Shown here piece by piece: positions 51,865-64,000 of a stretch of DNA of 64,000 nucleotides. Each line of letters starts with the position of its first letter. Position 1 is the stretch's first letter. A model generated the notes under the pieces. That model did not search any database, was not told the origin of the DNA, and worked only from the letters and a program-made list of their open reading frames with translations. A program made the position numbers and the translations under genes. Origin of the DNA: Camelus ferus (Eukaryota). The stretch lies in NCBI RefSeq assembly GCF_009834535.1, contig NC_045698.1, positions 13,890,001-13,954,000 of the forward strand. Direction: 5' to 3'.

Positions 51865-52566
51865 GATCATGTTCCTTGGTTTTTACTTAAAGGAATTGAA
51901 AACTTCTCTCCATGTAAAAACCAACACATGGATTTTTATAGCAGCTTTATTCATCATGGCCCAAACTCGGAAGCCACCAAAATTTCCTTTAGTAGATGAA
52001 TGGATAAACAAACTGTAATACATCCATAAAATGAAATATTATTGACTGTTAAAAAGAAATGAGCTCGCAAGCCTTGTAAAGACATGGAGGAAAATCAGTG
52101 CATATTACTAAATGAAAGAGGCCAATCTAGAAAGGCTAACTACTGTATGATTTCAATTAAACGATATTCTGGAAAAGGCAAAACTGTGGAGACAATAAAA
52201 AGATTAGCAATTGCCAGGCCTGGGGTGGGGAGAGATGAATAGGCAGAGCTAAGAGGAAGTTTAAGACAGTGAAAATATTCTGTGGGATACAATAATGGTG
52301 GTCACTCTACATTATACATCTGTCCAAACCCACAGAATATGCAATACCAAGAGTTAACCCTAAGTTAAACTATGGATTTGGGGTGATTCTTATGTGCCAA
52401 TGTAAGTTCACCCTTGGTTAAAAAAATGTGCAATTCTTGTGATTGATATTGATAATGGGGGATGCTATGTAAGTATAGGGGCAGATGATATATGGAAAGT
52501 CTCTGCATCTCCCTCTCAAATCTGCTGTAAATCTAAAACTCCTCTAAAAAATAGTCTTATTAAAAA
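51865..52566 (+). mobile_element. L1MC1-like 3' end
   Basis: Same diagnostic 3' UTR as 18440-19583 (gatgaataggcagagc, tgtccaaacccacagaat, gctgtaaatctaaaactcctctaaaaaatagtc). Confidence 0.9.
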
Positions 52567-52889
52567 GGATTATGTTTTAGAAATAATTATTAAACATGAG
52601 TTTAAAGGTGATATGATGTAACTCAAAAGGGTAATTCTAAGTATTGTAGGTATTCTAAAAAGTATATAATAAAGACTATAAAATGCCCAAATTAATCCAA
52701 CCTAATATCATGTATAAAAACAAAGTATTCAAAACGAAGTGTCTACTAATCACTATAAAATAGCTGATGGATAATATTTATAAATCAATGGCAGTTTAGG
52801 ATAATTTTTTAGAATTTCTAAGGACTGAACAAATAGCCAGATACTTTAAAAATACTCTAAATTTCAGGAGAATAAATGTGATGAGTCTC

Positions 52890-55277
52890 TTTTTTTTAGA
52901 CAGCTTTATTGAGGTACACTTGATATGCAAAGAACTGTACATATTTAATGTGTACAATTTCATGAAAGTTTGCAGAAAAGCAAACACTGGTGATATCATC
53001 ATCAAAATCGAGGTAATAAACACCTCCAATGTTTCCTAAAGTTTCCTTGCATTGCATTTTTTGTTTTGTTTTGTTCTGTTTTTGTAGTAAGAGCACTTAA
53101 CATTAGATCTACTCTACTAACAAATTTTGAAGAGCACAACACTGCATTGCTAACTAGAGACATTATGTAGTACAGCAGAACTCTAGAATCTATTCATCCA
53201 GCATAACTAAAAGTTTGTATGGAATGAACAACAAAGCCCCATTTTCTCCTTCCACTATGCCCTCTACAATCACTATTGAATTAGATGCTTCTACAAGTTT
53301 GACTATTTTAGAAATCCTCATATACATGGAATCATTTGTCCTTTGTGACTGACTTATTTTACTTAGGTTCATCCATGTCATGCATGGCAGAATTCCATTC
53401 TTTTTAAAGGTTGAATAATATTCCATTGTATGACTATACCAAAACAAGCTAGGTTTAGAAGGAAGGTACCTCAAAATAATAGAGACATTAGCTCAGGGCT
53501 AATATCATACTCAATGCTAAAAAGATTGAAACATTTTTCTCAAAGATCTAGAGGAAGACAAGGAACTCATTCTCTCCACTTCTATTCGCCATTGTACTGG
53601 AAGTTCCAGCCAGAGAAATTAGGAAGGAAAAAATAAAAAGGAATCCAATTAGAAAGGAAAAAGTAAAATTATCTCTGCAGAAGACATGATCTTATAGGTA
53701 AAAAACCCTAAAGACTACATAAACCAAAAACAAATAAACAAATAAAAACCCTGTTAGAATGAAAAAAACAAATTCAGTGAAATTGGCACTTTACAAAGTC
53801 AACACACAAAGATCAGTTGTGTTTCTATCACTAACAATGGACAATCCAAAAAGGAAATTCAGAAAACCATCCTATTTACAATAGCATCAAAAAGAATAAA
53901 ATACTTAGGAATAAACTTAAGCAAGGAGTGTACTGGAAAGTCACTGTGTACTGGAAACTACAAAACATTGATGAAATAAATTAAAGGAGACACAAATAAA
54001 TTGAACTACATCCTATGCTGAGGGACTAAGAGGCTTAATATTGTTAAAATGTCCATACTACCCAAAGAAACCTACAAATTTAAAGCTATGTTAGCCTAAC
54101 CACAATTCAATGACACTTTTTTCACAGAAATAGAAAAGAAAAAAACCTAGTCTTACAATTTGTATAAACTACAAAATACCCAGAATAGATAAAATAATCC
54201 TGAGAAAAAAGAACAAAGCTGGAGGCTTGACATTTCCAGATTTCAAAATATATTACAAGTCTACAATAATTAAACAGTATCATACTGGCACAGACATATA
54301 GACCAATGCAACAGAATTAAACCCATGCATATAGGGCCAATTGATCTTTGGTGGGGGTGCCAAGAGTAAAAAAATATGGGGAAATGATAGTTTCTTCATC
54401 AAATGGTATTGGGAAAATTAGATATACACGTGCAAAAATGAAATTGGACTTCTACCTTGCACTATACACAAAAATCACCTCAAAATAAATGAACAACTTA
54501 AATGTAAGACCAAAAAATGCAAAATTCCTAGAAGAAAACATGTGAAAAAAGTCTTCTTGATGTTGATCTTGGCAAAAAATTCTTGAGTATGACACCAAAA
54601 GCAAAGGCAATAAAAAGTGAAAGCAGATGAGTAGAATTACATCAAACAAAACACTTCTGCACAGCAAAGGAGACAATCAACAGAATGAAATGGCAACTTA
54701 CAGGATGGGTGAAAATATTTGCAAACCACTTATCTGATGAGGGGTTAATTTCCAAAATGTTTAAGTAACTCCTACAAATCAACAGCAAAAAACAAACAAA
54801 AAACAATGAATAACCCAATTTTCAAAATAAGCCAAGGACTTGAACAGACATTTTTCAAATAAAGACATACAACAGGTGTATGAAAAGATGTTCAACATCA
54901 TTAATTATCAAGGAAAAGCAAATCAACACCATAGGAAGAGATCTTCTCATACCTGTTAGGTTGTCTATTATCAAAAACCAAAATACAAAAAGTGTTGGCA
55001 AGGTTATGGAGAAACTGGAATCCTTGTACTCTGTTGGTGGGAATGTAAAATGGTGCAGCAACTAAGTAAAATACTGAGATGCCTCAAAAATTAAAAAAAA
55101 AAAATAGAACTACAATATGATCCAGCAATCTCACTATAGGGTATATATACCAAAGTATTAAAATTAGGATCTCAAAGAGAAGTCTATATTCTCAGGTTTG
55201 TTGCAGCATTATTCACAATGGCCAAGATAAGGAAATAATCCGTTTCTATTGATAGGTAAATGAATAAAAAGAATGAA
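52890..55277 (-). mobile_element. L1MA/MB-like element with 5' inversion: 3' end on minus (52890-53440), ORF2 segment on plus (about 53441-55277)
   Basis: Poly-T followed by an antisense 3' UTR, then an abrupt switch to plus-strand ORF2 (ttgtactggaagttccagccagag..., remnant MKRCSTSLIIKE). The two breakpoints are adjacent in the L1 consensus. Confidence 0.88.
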
Positions 55278-55648
55278 TAAACAACCTATCTGGTAAGAAA
55301 AAATACCAGCAATTTGGAAAATAAAAATACTGAATGTGTATGTTATGTGTCTGTGTATGATATTCTAGCTAGATAATTATAAGATTAATAGAAGAGGAAA
55401 CTGGGGGAAAAACAGATTTTATGATAAACGGAGAGAAACTCAATGAGCTTTCAATGTCTCTAACAATAAAGATCACTAAGGACATAAAAGGTGGAGTTAC
55501 TTGGAATTAATTCACTTCAGGGAAACAAAGATCTTTGTGGGTGGGGTTCTTCTAGAGTAGAAAGCATAATCTAAAAAGCCTAGTGTGCATTTAATGCTTA
55601 AATATTTTATTAGTATTTGTATTTAACATAAATATTCACATGTACCTT

Positions 55649-56281
55649 TGAAGGAGGCAGGGAGCAAGGGACCCAAAACTGGGACCTGTTGCCTAGAGAC
55701 TTCTTTAAGGGTTTTAAAATTAACCTGTTTAAAGTTAACCTATAGTTGGCTTAGGTGATACTTTTGCTTGAATAATGAAAAAAACTCCCTTGAAGGACTA
55801 GAAAGCCGTGACTCGATCTAATCGATAGGACCACATGGTTTGAGGGTCTCGCTCACACAGTCTAGCTTGACCACATGTGTTAGCTTGACTACATTGTCTG
55901 AGGCTCCCTAGTTACCTAATTTTAGCCTGACTGCGCTGTTTGAAGGTCCCTAGTTACCTGATCTTGTTTTTGCAGAGTGTTTGTTTCACAGAGCAGAACG
56001 AGCTGGAAATGAAGCAGGAAAGGAGCAGGCAATGGAAAGAGTATAAGAAACACCAAAGGGGACAGATAAAAGGACCCTGTTAAGACCCCAAGAGCAGGGG
56101 TCCTTACGTCAAGTCACCTGACTCAAGTGTTTTTCCACTCGAGTGTCTTTTCCTCCTTTGAGCAATAAAACAGCTTTCATTCTGCCTCTTTGTTTCCACT
56201 GTGAATTCTTTCACGGCTGGAAGACAAGAACACACTCTTTGGGGTTTTCTCCATTTCAGGGGGCTTCCTTGCCCACTAACG
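55649..56281 (+). mobile_element. ERV1-like solo LTR (about 630 bp)
   Basis: TGAAGG start; AATAAA at 56164-56169; U5 motif gtgaattctttc...gacaagaac; ctaac(g) end; imperfect TSD cctt/ccat; short internal direct repeats. Confidence 0.75.
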
Positions 56282-58712
56282 CCATTGCAAATTTAATCCT
56301 CAATATAAAACCTTTATGTTCCATCATACTTTTAGGATAATGAGATTACCCATGGGAGGAAATATATACAATTATCCTAGAATAACAAAAGATATCAGAC
56401 AAAACTTACTTTAAACATTAATTCTAACAACAACAACAAAAAAACCCCAAAACATGCAAACACCAATCCTGGAGACATATAACATGTAGAATTACCTTTA
56501 AGAATTCTGACAACTGAGAGCCAACAGTCCATAAATAATTAGGTATTAATCATTTTTGAATAATAATAATACATGAACCTTTGTTTACCTGTTATTTTAT
56601 GAAAATTGGCATTTCCTTGAAGAGTAAAAAACATTTGGGAGAAACTTTAAAAGACAGGGGTCAAAATGTATTTATAAATCTTTGACTAATATTCTAAAGT
56701 TTTGCCACTGCTATTCATGATATAATTCAATCACATGGTCAGCTTATTATTTAGAAAACAATGCATTTTTATCTAAATAGGATTAACAAAGTCATAACTC
56801 CTAGAATCTTGGTATATATGGTAAATGATCTTATGCTTTTCCATGTTATTTTTACTCAGTAATTGCTCTCTCTGGGGAAAAAAAAAATCACTTGTCTTAG
56901 ATAACTTTAAAGTACAGTCTAATCAGCATTTCTATAGTTGCCAAAAAATTCCTCAGAGTCCTCTGCCTGAGTTCACGGAAAGGTTATATACTGCAAGAGT
57001 ATTATCCAATTTTCAATAGGATTTAAAGAATACATTGAGATTTTGATTTCACACACACTCATATGAACGTATATCCGAATTGTGTTAACAGTAAAGAATC
57101 ACTGCAAAAAAAAATCCTTCATGGTAAAGCAAATTTTTGTTTTGTTGAGGGTTGAAGTAGGTAGTGACTTTTAAAATTATGTGCTACAAAAACTCCCTAA
57201 GTCAACCAAAGTGTCCGTATTTGCATCACTATATATTGTGAGGAGAGGAGAAGAAGAGGAGAAGAGGAGAAGACTTTGATCAGCAAGATGATTTAATGCT
57301 GTTAGGTGAGCTCCATAACTTTGGGATGTATTTTGGTCTTTATACTAATCAAATATCACCAGGATGTGGTTAGTTCCGGATGGTGTTTTAACTACTAAAA
57401 CATGTTGAGATATTTTAACCTGAGTTCTGAATCTCTTATTTCCTAGTCATTAAAAGCTTTTTTTTTAAAACGTTTATTTTATTTTTTGTTGTTGCTTTTA
57501 AAGGGATATTTACGTTCATAGTTTTTCTCCCTGTCCTCTCCTACGTATAAAATACTATCTTGTTTATTGGATAGAGATTTTTCTCTTTTTCCTCATTTTT
57601 ATATCATTGTTTTAATATTATTGTTGGTTCTTTTGATTGTTAATGCTTCCAACACTGATCTTAATTAAGCATTTTCAGTTATCTAGAATTCCTAATTTAT
57701 TTCCTATATCTTTCACACATCATCAGGGTGCCTGCTATTTTTTCTTAATTATTTGAACAAAATGCATTTGTATCAGAAACATTAAGCCTTCTTTTCCTAT
57801 TACATTGAAGCTACTTTTGTTTCTATTATATTTAAAATGATAATTAGTTTTCTAAAAAGAAAATGTGTCGACTATCATTAGTATATCCCCAGACTTTTGG
57901 ATTACCTGTAAAATTATCTTCTCTTTCATTACAGTAATATTGCATGCTCCTAAATTTTCTGATTTTGTAATACAAAAGTTTTTTTATAACCTTCTAATCC
58001 CACTAATTATATATAGTTATCATTATAACTATTACATTTTTAAAATACTAGGTAATTTATTTTCTCTATGTTTGTATCTTTTGCTTAAAAAAATCTAATG
58101 TTTATGTAGTGATATTGATCAATCATTTTATGTTTCCCGTCTTTCTTCTTTAATCTTCCTTTCATCTAATGCTATAAAATAATCTCATGTTTTCTTGTAA
58201 AAAACAAATAGCATATGCCCTTAATCAATTTGGTAAACCTTTTGGATGTCAATTTACCTACTTTTACATGGGAGACCAATTGTACCAGAGCCTTTCATGT
58301 CATAATGTATTTTAATCTGTAACTCCAACTTGGACATATACCAAGTCATGGTCAACATGACTCCACTTCCTAAGAACGCTACAAAGTCCACTAGATTTAT
58401 TTTTCAAACCAAATGGATGTTGATTTTTGTTTTATCAGCCCTGTCCCAATTATTTTTCCTAAAATGTACTTGAGTTTTTAGGACTATGCACTCTTTCATA
58501 TAAATTTTTGGATCACTCTAGATTGTTGACACCAGTAAATGTTACTTACCCTGTGCCAGTACCTAAAAGGTACTAAGACTACAATAAACAAAACAGATAA
58601 AAATCCTCATCCTTACGGAGTATGCATTTTTATGAGAAAGAAAGAAAATGGGCAAGATATATAAAACTATATAGTATATTATGCAGTGATAATGCTAAAG
58701 ATAACAGATATA

Positions 58713-60227
58713 GTGTGTTTTCAATCAGCCATTTATGTGTTGATTGATCACCAAAATATCTTGGTAGCTTCCAACCATAAATATTTATTTCTATCTTGCA
58801 TCAACATAAGAACAATGACTAAGTGGATGTAATAGGGAGGATCGTGAACACAGAATGAAGCCACTGAAGGGCATTTAAAGTGTCTTCTTAAACATGGTTT
58901 ACCACATGTCGGCTCATATTCTGTTGGCAAAACAGTCACTGGCAAAGCATAAAGTTAAAGTAACAGGGACATATATGCCCCCTACAGGGAAAGCATGGTA
59001 AGGCAGGGAATAAACAATTGTGAGTAAATAAAACAGTCTGTTCACAGTGTGCTCTCTAGACTCAAATAACTGTGTGCCCCGTAGAGGAAAAATCCATTTC
59101 TCTGTTCCCTGACCCCCCCCCCCAAAAAACTCTTTAAATCATGGCACCAGGCTTGATTTCAACATCTTTTACTATAATCACACACAATCTGGCTCTTCTT
59201 GATCCGGAGACCACTGAATTAGGACACATTATTTTCCCCACCATGAATCTAACACATAATTGGGGATTAATAAGGACAAAATTATAGAAATATAAGAGAA
59301 AAAATTTAAAAGAAAAAAATGGCAGTGGTTCATAGTCATTCAGGAATTATTCTGTGCAATCATTACAAGGATTTCTGTCCCTACGGCTCTGAGGCTAACT
59401 AATTTGTTGAACTTTTTCTATTTGCATTTTTAGCCCTGAAACTCATGAAATGTCTGGTTTCTTCCTCTTCCCTTTCATGTCTATTAGAAAAGACCAATAT
59501 TTTTCCCTGAGCGCATCTCTTCCTTGTAGTACCTTATCAAATGCAGCTTATAACAATCAACTCATATTACACATACTCTCTCTTAAAACCTCTTCTCCTA
59601 AAACCACGAGTTCACATTAGGCACCTTTTCTGCCTTCCAAGTTATCCTAGGGAGGTATTTATCAAAGCAAATGAGTCACTTTCTAGCATTATATAAGCTT
59701 TACTTCATACTGTGCTCTTCAAACACAATTCTGCATACTTTACTATTGTCATAGTGGTGGTGTAGGTGGTGACAAAACTTGCTTCTATAGAGAAATAGTA
59801 TGGAAAGCATTATCACTTGGTTTATCAGTCAGCCTTTGTTGCATTGACAGGTAACTCCTGTATCTCAATGACTGACAACCGCAAACATCGTTTCTTCTCA
59901 TTTTGCACGTCGCAGGAGATCTCCGGCTTGCTTCAGTTCTGCTGTGTTCTGTCCTGCTCACCTCCACTAAGTTCCAGTGTCTTCTCATTAGGCAGAAGGA
60001 GTGGCTTCTTTCTAGGTTATGCTGTTATCAGAGCAGAGGCCGAGAACAGGGGAAACTGAGCCAACTCATGCAAGCTCATTAAGCTTTATGCTCAGAGGTG
60101 ATTTGCACTATGGTGTTTCATATGTCATTGACCAAGGCAAATTCATTGGTGAATCCCAATGGCATAGAGACACAGATATTATTTCATATTTTTGTTTCTG
60201 AATATGCCATAATTTCATCTGCCATAT
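58713..60227 (-). mobile_element. Old MLT1 (J/I-like) MaLR remnant: LTR, internal sequence, LTR
   Basis: Two similarly oriented MLT1-like segments (about 58713-59046 and 59818-60227) share catattctgttggcaaaacagtcactggc / catatgtcattgaccaaggcaaattcattgg; sequence after 59046 resembles the MLT1-int junction. Confidence 0.55.
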
Positions 60228-61749
60228 GTGATCCTTTTCAAATAATTTCTTAGACTGCATCATAAAATGTTAATGGTTAGCTGAAGTACATTTAAGAAAG
60301 GAAGATTTGATGGGAATAATAAAAGAGCATTTGGTTCACTGAAGCTTGTCCCTTTTAATACACTTTTTTCCCAGGATAGTATTGATTCTAATTGCTTCTT
60401 AAAAGACCTTGTGTCTTTGCTTCAGTAACTCTGCCAGGTGAGCAAATAAGTCATTCCCTGAGATTAACCCCAGGCCCTCGACTACCGCAACTGTAATTAA
60501 CTGATCATTAAATGTATTCTAATTAATATTTTTATTACATGAATAATAATATTTATTTGGGAAAGTGACTACCTTCATATAAAATATATATTTATTAGTA
60601 GATAATTCTGGGAGAAAATTGGTTGACATGTAAGTGGTTAGATAATGTGATACATGACTTATCCAGGATGTCTGACATTATTAAGATTAACCAGAGGGTT
60701 CCAAAATCTCTACCTTAAATTATTTCATGCAGATACAGTTTACATTGAAAATGCTACTTTCAGATTTTTAAAAAGACATATAAGAAACCTAGGATTTTCC
60801 TCCATCAAAGACACTTGAATATTGATCATTAAATATTACATGAAGCTCTGCCTGCAATGTTTTAAATACATGAATAAAATAAATGACTAATTCTACAGCT
60901 ATTGAATGTTACACATCAAAAGGACAACTGCCCTATATCAGAATCTTCACTGTAATCTGGAAGAATATCTTTAAAATTGCTTAACCTATGTCCTGTGTTA
61001 CCATGTGTCAACAGACACTACTTCAAAGCTGGTTCTTCTGCACAATTTTTTTTTATTCAAAGTAATGATACAATGGGCCACTTTTCTTTTTAACATTCTC
61101 TTACTTTCAATCATAAGCATGACTCATAAAAAACTGAAAGTATGTAAACTTGCAAATTCCAGTTGAAAATAATTCCTAGTTTTTTTAGCATGCTATGAAG
61201 AATAGGAAATTGACCTGTAAAGACTAACAATGACATTAACTAGTAACAATCAAAATATTTCTAAAAACTATATATCCATGACCATAAACACAATACCTAA
61301 AAAAACAAAGTAAGTAAAAGAAGAATCAGTTTACAACTTTGTCATAGCATATAGCCAAATAGACTAGGCACAAATCATAAAACTAATGACATGTTATGAC
61401 TGGTTAGTTTCTAAATAGGCAACCTCAAAGTATTTCAAAATATTCAATTTAAAATTAAAAGAATGTCTTATTTATTTATAGCTATTACCCTGTTTAAAAA
61501 ATATGCTCTTCAGGCATATGTATCTTGTTTAATAGAATGAATGTATAATAAAATAATTTTCAATTGTCCTTATTTTATATATTAAATCTCATAACATAGA
61601 TACATGTATTTTGTCCTTAACAAGGCTGAATGAAAAACTATAATAGACTAATAACTTGCCTGCTTTACAATTAATTAGAGGATTTCAGCTTTCTTTCAAA
61701 ATTCATACTTTCAATTTAGTCAGGTTGAATATGAAATTCATATACTATT

Positions 61750-63570
61750 TATCTTCTGCACATGATGGAGTGGTACATATCTGACTAGCTCTCCCATTGA
61801 ATATAACCACACAAGCTGCACAATATACATAAAATGACTGTCATTAGAGAGCATTCCATGTAGGAAGGCCTGGATGAGGTATGGTCCTTGATGGAAAGGA
61901 AGCATAACAAGATAAATTTTATATTCTCAATGACTCAGGGTACTTTTTTAATTTGCCACGCCAGGGAAAAGAGACCAAACAGAAAATATGCACTTTGTGG
62001 AGACAGAGATTGGGGTTAAGGGCTGGCACAGCACTTGAAAAGAGAACCAAGGCACAAACAAGAAATGTTAGAGAAATGAACTCAAAAATCGGACTGTAAT
62101 TTTCCTTGTGGTAACTATAGACACGTAGGGTACATCTGCACATGTGGATTCTCTAAGAAGACAAAACAAAGTACAGCTGGAAGACAAAAGAGCTAAGTGG
62201 ACATTGCATCCATGAGGCACTAGGAATCAGAATTAGTACATCCTTGTGACTCCAGTTGATACTAGAGAAAAACTGGGTTTTAGGAGTAAGGACTACTTCC
62301 CAGGAATAAGGGGAAAAGTTCTAACAAAATCTAACTAACTTAAGTAATCCATATTCTATATGTCTGCAAGAAAATAACAACTCTCTGTGGAGGAAGGTGA
62401 CATAATCAGGAATTTCTACAACATTTATACATAATGTTCAGTCAATAATTCTAAGACATATTTAAAAATGGAAAATTAACAAAACCAAAAAGAAAACAAT
62501 CAATAAAGTGACCCAGATATGACGTTAATATTGGAGTTATTAGGAAAGGGTTTTAAAATAGCTACAATTAATATGTTTAAGAATATATAGAAAAAAAAAG
62601 GTGAAGAATTTTAGCAGATACCAATAATGTATATTTAATAAGTCAAGTAAAAATTATAGAACCAAAATATGTCTATGCTGAAGAATACACTTAATAAATT
62701 TAATATACAAGGTTAATTGGAGAATAAACACAGTGGAAAGGAAGATTAGTGTACTAGAATATAGGTCAACATAAAATATTCAGATTAAAGAAGAGAGAAA
62801 AAAAATTAAATATAGAGAGAAAAGAATAATAGACTGACAGTGCATAGTTAAATGACTGAACATGTATACTTTCCAGAATCAGCAGGAAAGAAGTAAGAAA
62901 ATAAGACAGAAGAAATAATTGAATAAAGGCTGAACAAAATTTCCCAGAACTAATAAAAGATAGATTAAAAATTCCTTATATCTGAAAAGCAGATTCTTTA
63001 AAAAGTAAATACTTCCCAGGCACAGTATAACTGAACTTCTAAAAAGCAAATAATATCTTAAAATAAGAAAAATATATTAAAGTAGAATAAATTAATCTAC
63101 AGTAAAATGATAATAAGACTGAGAGCTGACTTTTTAATAGACAAGGTGGTGGTCAGCAGACAGTTACATTACATCATTAATTATTGAAATAGAAAAAAAA
63201 AAACTTCAAAACAGAATTCTATCCCTAGCAGAAATACTTTGTAAAAAGTAGGAAAAAAATAAGTTTATGAAAAAACAAAAAGAAAAAAAGAATCATTGAT
63301 AGTAGACCAGACCAGCACTAAAAGGGACAGAAAGGGATTTTTAAAGAAAATATAGAATTTCCTTAAAAAAATGATTATAGAAGGAAACACAGAAATTCAG
63401 GAAAGAATAAATAGCACCAGAAAGGATAAATTATAATTGACTTAGTACACAATTCTTTACAATTTAACACAACAAAAAATGGCAATTTCATATAGTGCTT
63501 AATATATAAGGTAATAAAAATAGCAAAAATCAAAGAGGTTATAATGGTGCTAAACAGTTTAAAGTTGTTC
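61750..63570 (+). mobile_element. Ancient L1M 5' region / ORF1 remnant (or HAL1)
   Basis: A-rich degenerate ORF1 motifs: ttttaaaatagctacaattaatatgtttaag, gaagattagtgtactagaatataggtcaa, aaatttcccagaactaataaaaga, cagaattctatccctagcagaaatacttt. Confidence 0.7.
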
Positions 63571-63571
63571 C

Positions 63572-64000
63572 ATTTTTCTTTCTTTTTCTTTTTTTTCTTT
63601 TAATTGAAGTATAGTCCGCTTATAATGTTGTGTCAATTTCTGGTGTACAGCATAATATTTCAGTCCTATATATACATATATATTTGTTTTCATATTCCTT
63701 TTCATTATAGGTTACTACAAGATATTGAATATAGTTCCCTGTGCTGTGCAGAAGAAACTTGTTGTATATCTTCTTTAGATACAGTAGTTAGTACCGGCAA
63801 ATCTCAAACTCCCAATTTATCCCTTCCTATGCCCTATCCCCCTGGTAACAAAAAGCTTATTTTCTATGTCTGTTGGTTATTTCTGTTTTGTAAATAAGTT
63901 CATTTGTGTGTGTGTGTGTGTGTCTCTCTCTTTTTTTTAAATATTTGAGTGATATCATGTGTTATCTTTCTTTCTCTTTCTGGCTTACTTCACTTAGAAT
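63572..64000 (-). mobile_element. Younger cetartiodactyl/camelid-type L1 3' end, running off the window
   Basis: T-rich tail followed by aattgaagtatagtc...aatgttgtgtcaatttctggtgtacagc...caagatattgaatatagttccctgtgct...ggcttacttcacttagaat; related to 16883-17301. Confidence 0.9.

Noticed and set aside
18440..52566. Two direct L1MC1-like copies flanking all three exons as a recombination substrate
   Set aside because: Too diverged, with no long identical tracts; independent old insertions
1..64000. A novel multi-gene, prokaryote-like or CRISPR-type system
   Set aside because: No operon-like ORFs, repeat-spacer arrays or foreign-composition island seen; the window is explained by CDH18 exons, introns and mammalian repeats

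Overview
AT-rich, repeat-dense mammalian genomic DNA lying inside a large type II classical cadherin gene on the minus strand, which I recognise as CDH18. Three internal coding exons are present: 50805-50618 (188 nt), 38113-37860 (254 nt) and 22820-22684 (137 nt). All have canonical AG/GT sites and splice in frame into EC3 and most of EC4. I did not find the flanking exons by eye. The rest is intron, filled with ancient eutherian repeats (L1M, L2, MIR, MLT1/MLT2, MER5A, MER20), three ERV1-like solo LTRs, microsatellites and younger L1 3' ends resembling camelid L1s; I saw no ruminant, pig or primate SINEs. Nearly all entries in the ORF track are noise or L1 remnants. I found no convincing undescribed biological system. 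The best leads are a twin-primed inverted L1, a possible miniature L1 3' transduction, nested insertions with intact TSDs, a gene-sense solo LTR near an exon, and a phase-closed 579-nt exon block that would form a stop-free circle if back-spliced. Repeat names come from recalled consensus sequences, and boundaries of old repeats are approximate.
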